Source of the DNA: Planctomycetota bacterium
Lineage (GTDB): Bacteria; Planctomycetota; UBA11346
NCBI GenBank assembly: GCA_038213805.1
Contig: JBBQSO010000037.1
Coordinates: forward strand, 1-49,134
Length of the DNA stretch: 49,134 nucleotides
Direction: 5' to 3'
The position numbers were made by a program, and so were the translations under genes. Below are positions 1-6,958 of the stretch, one piece after another. Under the pieces are notes generated by a model, which was not told the origin of the DNA, searched no databases, and saw only the letters and a list, made by a program, of their open reading frames with translations. The first letter of the stretch is position 1. Every line of letters begins with the position of its first letter.

Positions 1-31
1 AACAAAGAACCCACGGTTTTCACCGTGGGTT
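1..31 (-). terminator. Rho-independent terminator of the tRNA-Val/tRNA-Asp unit
   Basis: Minus strand reads AACCCACGGT-GAAA-ACCGTGGGTT then CTTTGTT, just 3' of tRNA-Asp. Confidence 0.75.
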
Positions 32-37
32 TGATGT

Positions 38-114
38 TGGCGACCTGGATGGGACTTGAACCCACGACCTCCGCCGTGACAAGGCGGCGCTCTAACCAAC
101 TGAGCTACCAGGCC
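38..114 (-). tRNA. tRNA-Asp(GTC)
   Basis: Reverse complement GGCCTGGTAGCTCAGTTGGTTAGAGCG...CCGCC-TTGTCAC-GGCGG...GTTCAAGTCCC...GCCA; anticodon GTC, encoded CCA. Confidence 0.97.
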
Positions 115-146
115 AGAATGTAAAGAAAAGCCCGCAGAAACCTGCA

Positions 147-223
147 TGGTAGGCGATGAGGGATTTGAACCCCCGACATCTTCCGTGTAAAGGAAGCGCT
201 CTAGCCAGCTGAGCTAATCGCCC
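147..223 (-). tRNA. tRNA-Val(TAC)
   Basis: Reverse complement GGGCGATTAGCTCAGCTGG...CTTCC-TTTACAC-GGAAG...GTTCAAATCCC...ACCA; anticodon TAC. Confidence 0.97.
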
Positions 224-247
224 ATGCTGCAGGCGATGAGGCGGGGG

Positions 248-275
248 ATTCTGTGATGGGTCCCAAGGTCCGCAA
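248..275 (-). promoter_or_regulatory. Putative sigma70-type promoter of the tRNA unit
   Basis: Minus strand TTGCGG-16 nt-CAGAAT followed by GC-rich discriminator CCCCCGCC upstream of tRNA-Val. Confidence 0.4.
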
Positions 276-494
276 GGGGGAAGTCTGGAAACGGGCAAAA
301 GCCCTGCTCTTGGTGCTAAAGCTCCTTCATGGCGCCTTCACATCGTGTGACATGGTCGGTTGTACGCCTTGGGGCTGCCCCGCTTGATCCCAGCGGGGTA
401 TTGGCTTATAGAACACCTGTGGGGAAGCCTGCTGGCAAATGGCCACGCGGGTCGACCTCGCAGTCGCATTGGCTGGAAAGCCAGGAGAAGCCAC

Positions 495-2546
495 GTGGCC
501 GCAGAGGTTCTGCACGTCAACGACGGTGACTCCCATTGCCGGGTGGCCGATCCGACCAACGGCGCGGTCGTCAACGCCCCGGTCATCGAAATCAGCCTGC
601 AAGGCGTGCTGATCGGCACCCAGATCCAGTTCGAAGCCAACGCCTACATCGATATCACGCTGGCGCTCAAGGACCTGGCCCCGCGCCAGCTGTTCGCCCA
701 TGTGGTGACCTGCAGTCCAGACGGGTTGCGGCTGCGCTGGCTGCACTTCGATCCGGGCGAAGAGACCCGCCTCAAGGGGTTGCTCGATTCCTACACCCGC
801 CTCCATCGGGGTGGCAAGGGGCCAGCGGCGAGTTCGGGCCGGTCACCGACAGAAGGCGCCCAGAACAACACCCGGCGCGTGGTCAAGCCGCGCACCAGCG
901 GGGTCGAGGAGGGGGGTCCGATCCTTGACGGCAGCGTCCCCGCTCCAGGCGCTCCGGTCACCGGCACGCGCCGCCTGGTCCGTCCCAGCGCCTCGGCGAT
1001 CACCCCCTTCAGCGACGCGCTGCCGCCCGAGACCGGCAGCGAGCGCGTCGGTTCGCGGCGCGTGGTGCGCCCGAGCAACTCCGTCATGGCCCCGGTCGAC
1101 CAGGCCAAGGCCGAGGCCGCCCGCGACCCCTTCGACGACTCGCGCTCCCACCAGGTGGTGATCGCGCCCACCGAGCGCTTCGAGGAGCTGCGCGACGTCA
1201 GCACCACGCGCTCCGAGCACAAGCACCCCGCAGAGGCGGGCGCCGTCCCGGCTGCACCGGCGAGCGAGGAAGCGCCCGTTTCCGCCCTGGCGGCGTCGGC
1301 CACCACCACCGGCGATCCGCCGACCTCACCCTTCCCGGGCGACAGCACCGACAAGCACGTCGCCGGCGGCAAGACCGCGGTCATCGGCCGCGACGGCCGC
1401 ATGGACATCGGCGCCAGCATCCGCAGCCACGCCAAAACCGTGCGCGCCTCCGAGCTCGCCGCGCGCCACGACCGCGTGCGCGTGCTCAACATGGCGACCA
1501 TCCGGACGCTGATCGTCGAGGCCGTCGAAGAGGCCGCGGCGCATCTCACGCGCTCGCTGAGCGAGGGCGAGCGCAAGCGCCTGCTCGAAGAGGCCGAAGA
1601 GGGCTTCCAGGAGCGTCTCAAGTCCTTCGAGGTCGAGAAGGCCAGCGCAGAGGAGAAGGCCAAGCGCCTCAACGATCAACTTGAGACCGCGCGCAAGCTT
1701 CTCGAGGACGAGCGCAAGCGCACCATCAAGGCCGACCAGTTCACGGTTTCTGCGGAGGGCCTCGGCGAGATCGAGGACCGCTTCCAGCGCCTGCTCACGC
1801 GCTCGCTCGCCGACGGCGGAGTCTCGCCGCAGCTCGAGGACGAGCTGCGCAAGCTGATCTCGCGCATCCTCGACAGCGAGCGCGAGAAGATCCGCGCCAA
1901 GGAGCTCGAGGCGCAGAATTCCAAGATCGAACTGCTTGAGCGCAAGATCAGCCGCCTCGCCGGCACCCTTGAAGAGACCGAGAAGCAGCGCGACGACGCC
2001 CAGCGCTTCGCGAGCTTCCTGGAACAGCAGGGCGGCGGCGCGCTGCGCAACGTCTTCGAGGCCGGCCTGAAGGAGGGCGACCCGAACAAAGAGCGCAAGC
2101 TCGCGCTGATGAAGCACATCCTCGACGAGAACCGCGCGCTGCGCGGCCACCTCGGCATCGCCCTGGCGGACCCCAACGCACCCGACGAGACCCAGGAGCA
2201 GGCCCCGGACTCGACCAAGAATCCGATCAACCAAGCGACGCCCGACACCTCCTCATTCCGCCGCGAGATGAAGGCCGACGTCGCCGAGCTCAAGGAAGCG
2301 GCCTCGCATATCACCGAGCATACCCCGCACGCGCCCGCGGCCCTGCCCGACGACCTTGAAAGTGAGGCGCTCAGCCGCAAGGAGGCCGGCGTCGGCCTTG
2401 AGGTCAATCCCGACGACGAGCCCTGGGAGGTCACCCCGCTGGCCGACGCCGGCGCCGGTGTCAACGCCTCCGGCATCAAGCGCATCAACGTCCCCACCAC
2501 CTTCGCGCCGCCACCCATGGAGCGCCAGGGCAAGGGGGACGTCTAG
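495..2546 (+). CDS. PilZ-like N-terminal domain / long coiled-coil protein (~683 aa)
   Basis: GTG at 495 with AGGAG at 483-487; N-terminal beta-rich segment with EISLQG (PilZ [D/N]xSxxG-like); Pro/Ser-rich linker; E/K/R/L-rich heptad region; acidic C-terminal tail. Confidence 0.75.
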   Translation: MAAEVLHVNDGDSHCRVADPTNGAVVNAPVIEISLQGVLIGTQIQFEANAYIDITLALKDLAPRQLFAHVVTCSPDGLRLRWLHFDPGEETRLKGLLDSYTRLHRGGKGPAASSGRSPTEGAQNNTRRVVKPRTSGVEEGGPILDGSVPAPGAPVTGTRRLVRPSASAITPFSDALPPETGSERVGSRRVVRPSNSVMAPVDQAKAEAARDPFDDSRSHQVVIAPTERFEELRDVSTTRSEHKHPAEAGAVPAAPASEEAPVSALAASATTTGDPPTSPFPGDSTDKHVAGGKTAVIGRDGRMDIGASIRSHAKTVRASELAARHDRVRVLNMATIRTLIVEAVEEAAAHLTRSLSEGERKRLLEEAEEGFQERLKSFEVEKASAEEKAKRLNDQLETARKLLEDERKRTIKADQFTVSAEGLGEIEDRFQRLLTRSLADGGVSPQLEDELRKLISRILDSEREKIRAKELEAQNSKIELLERKISRLAGTLEETEKQRDDAQRFASFLEQQGGGALRNVFEAGLKEGDPNKERKLALMKHILDENRALRGHLGIALADPNAPDETQEQAPDSTKNPINQATPDTSSFRREMKADVAELKEAASHITEHTPHAPAALPDDLESEALSRKEAGVGLEVNPDDEPWEVTPLADAGAGVNASGIKRINVPTTFAPPPMERQGKGDV

Positions 2547-2655
2547 CGCGGCCCCGCATTCCAAGCTAAAGTATCATCCACCGACCATTCCTTGAACCAC
2601 ACCATGGTTGCCTCCCGTACGGCCAACCACCATCAACGTCCCAGGAGCACGCATC

Positions 2656-3711
2656 ATGTCTGAAATCGTCTATCTCGGCATCGACCTTGGCACCAGCCGC
2701 ACGTCGATCACCTCGTCCACCGGCGTCCGCCAGACCGCTTGGTCCTACGTCGGCTACCCCAAGGACCACGTCGCCAAGAAGAAGCTGGGCGGCCGCGACA
2801 TCATCTACGGCCAGGAGGCCCTTGAGAACCGCATGTCGGTGAACCTGTTCCGCCCACTCGCCGGCGGCTCGATCAAGGCCAAGGGCGCCAAGGACACCTC
2901 CGAGACCAAGAAGGCGATCAAGGACCTGCTCGAGTTCGTGGTCAGCATGGCCAAGTCGCCCAAGGGCTCGACCATCTACGCGGTGATCGGCGCCCCCGCC
3001 GAGGCCAGTGTCGAAGGCAAGGCCACCATCCTCGAAGCCGCCGCCAACTGCATCGACAGCGTGATCGTGACCTCCGAGCCGTTCTCGGTCGCCTACGGCC
3101 TCGACTTCCTCGATGACACCCTGGTCATCGACATCGGTGCCGGCACCACCGATCTCTGCCGCGTCCACGGCAAGATGCCCGAGCCCGAGGACCAGCGCAC
3201 GCACACCGTCGCGGGCGATGCCCTCGACCAGACCCTGGCGAACCTCATCAAGGAGAAGTACCCCGAGGCGCAGTTCTCGATCAACATGGTGCGCGCCATC
3301 AAGGAGCGCCACGCTTCGGTCTCGCCCAAGATGGAAGAGGCCATGGAGACCCTGCCGGTCGCCGGCAAGCCGACCAAGTTCGACGTCACCGATCTGGTCT
3401 ACAAGGCCTGCTACACCCTGGTGCCGCCCACCGTGGCCGCGCTCCAGGACCTGATCGCCACCTACGATCCGGAATTCCAGGCCAAGATGCGCAACCACAT
3501 CCTGCTCGGCGGCGGCGGCAGCCAGATCAAGGCCCTTGGCCTGGCCATCGAGAAGGCCATGGAGGAGTACGGCGGCGCCAAGGTCAAGACCGTCGAGGAG
3601 CCGCAGTACGCCGGTTCGAACGGTGCGCTCAAGATCGCCCTCGACATGCCCGAGAGCTTCTGGAAGGAATTCAAGTCGACCAAGTCGGCTGCTCCGGCCG
3701 CCAAGGCCTGA
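2656..3711 (+). CDS. mamK: MamK-family actin-like ATPase (~351 aa)
   Basis: ATG 2656 with AGGAG; LGIDLGTS (phosphate 1), VGYPKD, AVIGAPAEAS, SEPFSVAYGLD, DIGAGTTD (phosphate 2), PEPEDQ, AGKP, GGGSQI, GALKIAxxxPxxxW: the MamK signature set rather than MreB (MamK-like; function not shown). Confidence 0.85.
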   Translation: MSEIVYLGIDLGTSRTSITSSTGVRQTAWSYVGYPKDHVAKKKLGGRDIIYGQEALENRMSVNLFRPLAGGSIKAKGAKDTSETKKAIKDLLEFVVSMAKSPKGSTIYAVIGAPAEASVEGKATILEAAANCIDSVIVTSEPFSVAYGLDFLDDTLVIDIGAGTTDLCRVHGKMPEPEDQRTHTVAGDALDQTLANLIKEKYPEAQFSINMVRAIKERHASVSPKMEEAMETLPVAGKPTKFDVTDLVYKACYTLVPPTVAALQDLIATYDPEFQAKMRNHILLGGGGSQIKALGLAIEKAMEEYGGAKVKTVEEPQYAGSNGALKIALDMPESFWKEFKSTKSAAPAAKA

Positions 3712-3739
3712 TTCCGCACACGTCAGCAGTGACGCGATG

Positions 3740-3770
3740 GCCCCACTCCGCTCTGCGGGGTGGGGTTTTT
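3740..3770 (+). terminator. Rho-independent terminator after the mamK-like gene
   Basis: GCCCCACTCCGC-TCT-GCGGGGTGGGGT followed by TTTT. Confidence 0.8.
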
Positions 3771-3783
3771 CGTTGAGAGGTTC

Positions 3784-4067
3784 GAGCTACGAGTCACGAG
3801 TCACGAGTCACGAGTCACGAGTCACGAGTCACGAGTCACGAGTCACGAGTCACGAGTCACGAGGACAGCCTGCCTCTGCTACGCAACTCGTAGCCCGCAA
3901 CTCGTAGCTACCTCAGCGCAACGGAACGACGAGCTGCGAGTCGGGAGGACCGCCTGCCTCCACTCGCAACTCGGAGCTCGCAACGCGTGGCTTTCTCCGC
4001 GCAACGGAGCTGCGAGTCGCGAGGACAGGCGGTCTTCCTCGCGACTCGCGACTCGTGACTCGCGGCT
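3784..4067. repeat. Heptamer tandem repeat (GAGTCAC)x10 at 3791-3860 within three heptamer-armed hairpin units
   Basis: 10 perfect GAGTCAC; degenerate GAGCTGC/GAGTCGC left arms and inverted GCAACTC/GCGACTC/GTGACTC right arms around GAGGAC...CCTC cores. Confidence 0.9.
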
Positions 4068-4184
4068 TTCCCAGGCAACGGTCTCTCCGGAGGTTCCGCG
4101 ATTGTCCCGGTCGTGGCTGATGCCCGTAACTGGCGTCGCCCATTGAAATTGCGGGAAAATGCAGGGATTTCCGCGATATTTTCC

Positions 4185-4213
4185 TTGCCCTGCGCAGTCG
4201 CCCTGCTCATAGT
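4185..4213 (+). promoter_or_regulatory. Putative sigma70 promoter of the leader-peptide unit
   Basis: TTGCCC (4185-4190), 17 nt, CATAGT (4208-4213); ATG follows at 4223. Confidence 0.55.
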
Positions 4214-4222
4214 GCCGCCACG

Positions 4223-4344
4223 ATGACCCGCTGCATTCTCATGAAGTCGCTCTCCGCCGTTTCCAGTGCCTAGCACCGGAAGGACGACTTCTAGCGCATC
4301 CAGCGCGGGGCGACCTTCTGAAGAAGGCCGCCCCGCTTCGTTTT
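4223..4344 (+). promoter_or_regulatory. Leader peptide (MTRCILMKSLSAVSSA*) with transcription attenuator
   Basis: 16-codon uORF 4223-4273; terminator GCGGGGCGACCTTCT/AGAAGGCCGCCCCGC plus TTCGTTTT (4305-4344); alternative pairings GAAGTCG:CGACTTC and GAAGGACG:CGACCTTC. Confidence 0.6.
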
Positions 4345-4373
4345 CAGGACCACGTAACCACCCAGGAGTTCCC

Positions 4374-4478
4374 ATGCGCAAATCCCTCTCCCAGCGTATT
4401 TCCGTCGGCGCCGCCGTAGCCGATCGCCTCGACGCTTTCCCCCATCTCACTCAACGAACCACTAGGCACCACCGATGA
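4374..4478 (+). CDS. Small hypothetical protein (34 aa)
   Basis: AGGAG RBS before ATG 4374; stop overlaps next start (ATGA). Confidence 0.45.
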   Translation: MRKSLSQRISVGAAVADRLDAFPHLTQRTTRHHR

Positions 4479-4897
4479 ACCTCACAGCCAACCCTCCGAC
4501 TCCGACCACGCCGCGCGCGCCGCAGGCGCCACCCGCGCCCACCACCCGCACGCGCCGCCGCTTCACCGCGCGCGCTGCGCCGTTCCGGCCAGAGGCGGAA
4601 TCGGCGACCCCGCAGGATCGCCTGCGCGAGGCGCTCGCCGTGCTCGCCCAGGACCGCGCCCCGGGTGGCGACTACCATCCCGCCGATGCCGAGATCCTCG
4701 CCGCCTGGGATGACACCACCCGCCGCTGCGCCGATGATGGCGCGCTGGCCCTCGATCACCTCGACCAGTTCCTGCGCACCCATCTCGGCACGCTCCGCGA
4801 CCTGATGGTGCGCGCGGCTCACGGGCATGGTCCGCACCGCCTGCTCGACGATGTCCACACCAGCGTCGCCGCGCAGCTCGCGCTCGATGGTGGGTGA
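4475..4897 (+). CDS. Hypothetical protein (140 aa)
   Basis: ATGA coupling to upstream small ORF; host-like codon usage; helical C-terminal part. Confidence 0.6.
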   Translation: MNLTANPPTPTTPRAPQAPPAPTTRTRRRFTARAAPFRPEAESATPQDRLREALAVLAQDRAPGGDYHPADAEILAAWDDTTRRCADDGALALDHLDQFLRTHLGTLRDLMVRAAHGHGPHRLLDDVHTSVAAQLALDGG

Positions 4898-4976
4898 GGG
4901 GAGGGCACGACTGGCGCCTGACGACTGACGTCCGACAGCCCGTTAATTCCCGCCATCGTCTCCGCACCTGCATGCA

Positions 4977-5013
4977 TGACTCGAACCCGGCGCTTAGCGC
5001 CGGGTTCGAGTCA
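4977..5013. repeat. Perfect 18-bp inverted repeat (REP-like / bidirectional terminator)
   Basis: TGACTCGAACCCGGCGCT-T-AGCGCCGGGTTCGAGTCA between convergent genes. Confidence 0.8.
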
Positions 5014-5032
5014 GCCATCAGCCGTCCCCACG

Positions 5033-5806
5033 TCAGAACGCCGTGGTCGGCTTTGCGAAGTCCATCTCCTTGATCCAGATGTTGCGGTAGCGCACGTCCC
5101 AACCCTCGCACTGCAGCTTGATGCCGCCGGGCGTGTCGGTGATGCCCTTGCCGTGGTCGTTGCCGCCGTCCAGGCCGGAACGCGGGCCGCCGTATACCTG
5201 GGTGATGGCGTGGTCGCTGTGCGCCTTGACGCCATTGAAGTACATGGTCGCCAGTGGCCGCTCGGTCAGCTTGCCGTCGACGAAGCGCGCGGCGCGGAAC
5301 TGCACGTCGTAGGCGTTCCATTTGCCGAGGCCCGTATAGGCGTCGTAGGGGCCGGCCTCTTCGTTGATCAGCGCGGCTAAACCGTGCGTGCCGCGATCGC
5401 CATCCAGCACCTGGATCTCGTAGCGGTTCTGCAGGTAGACGCCGCTGTTGCCACCCGTGACCATGATGGCGAACTCGACGTGCAGGCGGAAGTCCCGGTA
5501 GCCCTTCTTGGTGACGATGTCGGCGGCGCCGTACTTGCCGCCGGCCGCCGCCGGATCGTCGGTCATCAGCGCGGTCCCGGCATCGACCGGGTCCTTCACG
5601 ATCTGCCATTTGATGGGCAGCGCCGAGGCGAAGCCCGGACCCTCCCAGTAGGTCCATTTCTCATCGAGCATCTGCCGCGTGCCGTCGAAGAGCACTTCGG
5701 CGCCGGCGATGGGCGCGGCGCCCACGCCGAGTTCGGCGGCGTGCGCGGCACCCGCGAGCGCACTCGCCAGCAGCAGGAAGGAGAGGATGCGCAGCGGTGC
5801 GGCCAT
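5033..5806 (-). CDS. DUF1080 (3-keto-disaccharide hydrolase-like) secreted protein
   Basis: Signal peptide; LFDG, DFRLHVEF, GNSGVY, YEIQVLD, WNAYD, GGIKLQCEG, VRYRNIWIK motifs; AGGAG before ATG 5806. Confidence 0.9.
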   Translation of the reverse strand: MAAPLRILSFLLLASALAGAAHAAELGVGAAPIAGAEVLFDGTRQMLDEKWTYWEGPGFASALPIKWQIVKDPVDAGTALMTDDPAAAGGKYGAADIVTKKGYRDFRLHVEFAIMVTGGNSGVYLQNRYEIQVLDGDRGTHGLAALINEEAGPYDAYTGLGKWNAYDVQFRAARFVDGKLTERPLATMYFNGVKAHSDHAITQVYGGPRSGLDGGNDHGKGITDTPGGIKLQCEGWDVRYRNIWIKEMDFAKPTTAF

Positions 5807-6000
5807 GATGGGCTCCTGACGTCTGGGTGATCGCGAGGCGGACCGCATGTTTCACCGCTCCCCATGCGGGGACAAGCGCGAAGGCAGGTCTTGAGCGGCG
5901 GTGCGATGCGCGGTCATGCCATCCGCCGAGCCGGCGGGAACTCCGCTGCGGTGTGGTTGCGTTCTTGATCAGACGCCGGGGCTCATAGCGTGGGCGTGCT

Positions 6001-6867
6001 ATGCATGCGACCACCGGCCGTATTCCAGCACGATCGCACCGCTTCCGGTGCCAGGCCGCACTTGGTCTCGCGCTGCTCCTTTCGGGCCTGGCGCTGGGTG
6101 AGGATGCGCCGCCGGTGCCGCAGGATGTAAGCGTGCCACCGGCACCCGCTCCAGATCCGGTCCCGGCGCCCTCTCTGGTGCCCGCTTCTGCGGCGCCGGC
6201 GAGTGCGACCGCCGGCGAACCGGGGGCGTCGCCTGCCATGGACCAGGCTGCTCCACAGCACCAGGAAGAGGGCGGTTCCCGGCGCATCACCGATGGCAAT
6301 CTCATGTTCCTGATGGGCAGCCTCAGTCCGCAGATCGACAGGATCCAATACGTCGACCGCAACGACAGCGCCACCTTTGCGGATTCTTACGGACGGCGTT
6401 ACGGGCTTGCTCTCATGGGCCTGACGCCCACCCGGCCGGGCGAGCCGACCACGCCGTACGTGTCCGTCACCTTCGAGATGGACTACCGCAGTGCCCGGAC
6501 GACGGATCAGCGCTCCGTGACCGAGATCGATCCCAGCATCTCGCTCGGCGTTGGTGTCCTGCAATGCCTCGGCGAGCATGTCGCCTGCTATGTCGGACCG
6601 CGCATCGGCATCGGCTACGTCTTCATCTCTGACCAGCGCCTGACCGGTGATACCTCGTACCAGTACAGCACCAATGGCACGACCCTCCGCCTCGGGGCCG
6701 ACTTTGGGGTGGTCGCCGACTTTGACGGAGTCGACCTGATCTGGCAGGTCGGCTATGAAGTGAAGCTCACCGAGGCCCGCTTTGGCGACGCGACCCAGAA
6801 TTTCGGCACCGCGGATTATATCACCCGTGGCTTGGTGTTCTCGTTCGGAATCGGCGGAAGGTTTTGA
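6001..6867 (+). CDS. Putative outer-membrane beta-barrel protein
   Basis: Signal peptide, Pro/Ala-rich linker, amphipathic beta-strands, C-terminal FSFGIGGRF (terminal Phe). Confidence 0.65.
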   Translation: MHATTGRIPARSHRFRCQAALGLALLLSGLALGEDAPPVPQDVSVPPAPAPDPVPAPSLVPASAAPASATAGEPGASPAMDQAAPQHQEEGGSRRITDGNLMFLMGSLSPQIDRIQYVDRNDSATFADSYGRRYGLALMGLTPTRPGEPTTPYVSVTFEMDYRSARTTDQRSVTEIDPSISLGVGVLQCLGEHVACYVGPRIGIGYVFISDQRLTGDTSYQYSTNGTTLRLGADFGVVADFDGVDLIWQVGYEVKLTEARFGDATQNFGTADYITRGLVFSFGIGGRF

Positions 6868-6874
6868 GCGCTGG

Positions 6875-6923
6875 AAGCCGCGAGCCGCGAGTCACGCGTC
6901 AGAAAATTCGTGATTCGCAGCTC
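6875..6923. repeat. Second heptamer-armed hairpin (same family as 3784-4067)
   Basis: GAGCCGC-GAGTCAC-G ... C-GTGATTC-GCAGCTC imperfect inverted repeat between convergent genes. Confidence 0.65.
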
Positions 6924-6958
6924 CATCCGCCGGTGTTGGTGGGTGGGGCTGCCACACC

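Noticed and set aside
495..3711. Magnetosome gene island
   Set aside because: Only the MamK-like gene is present; no other recognisable mam/mad/mms gene in the window
3791..3860. CRISPR array, or ORFs encoding ESRVTSH repeats
   Set aside because: 7-bp tandem unit with no spacers and no cas genes; the ORFs are translations of the repeat
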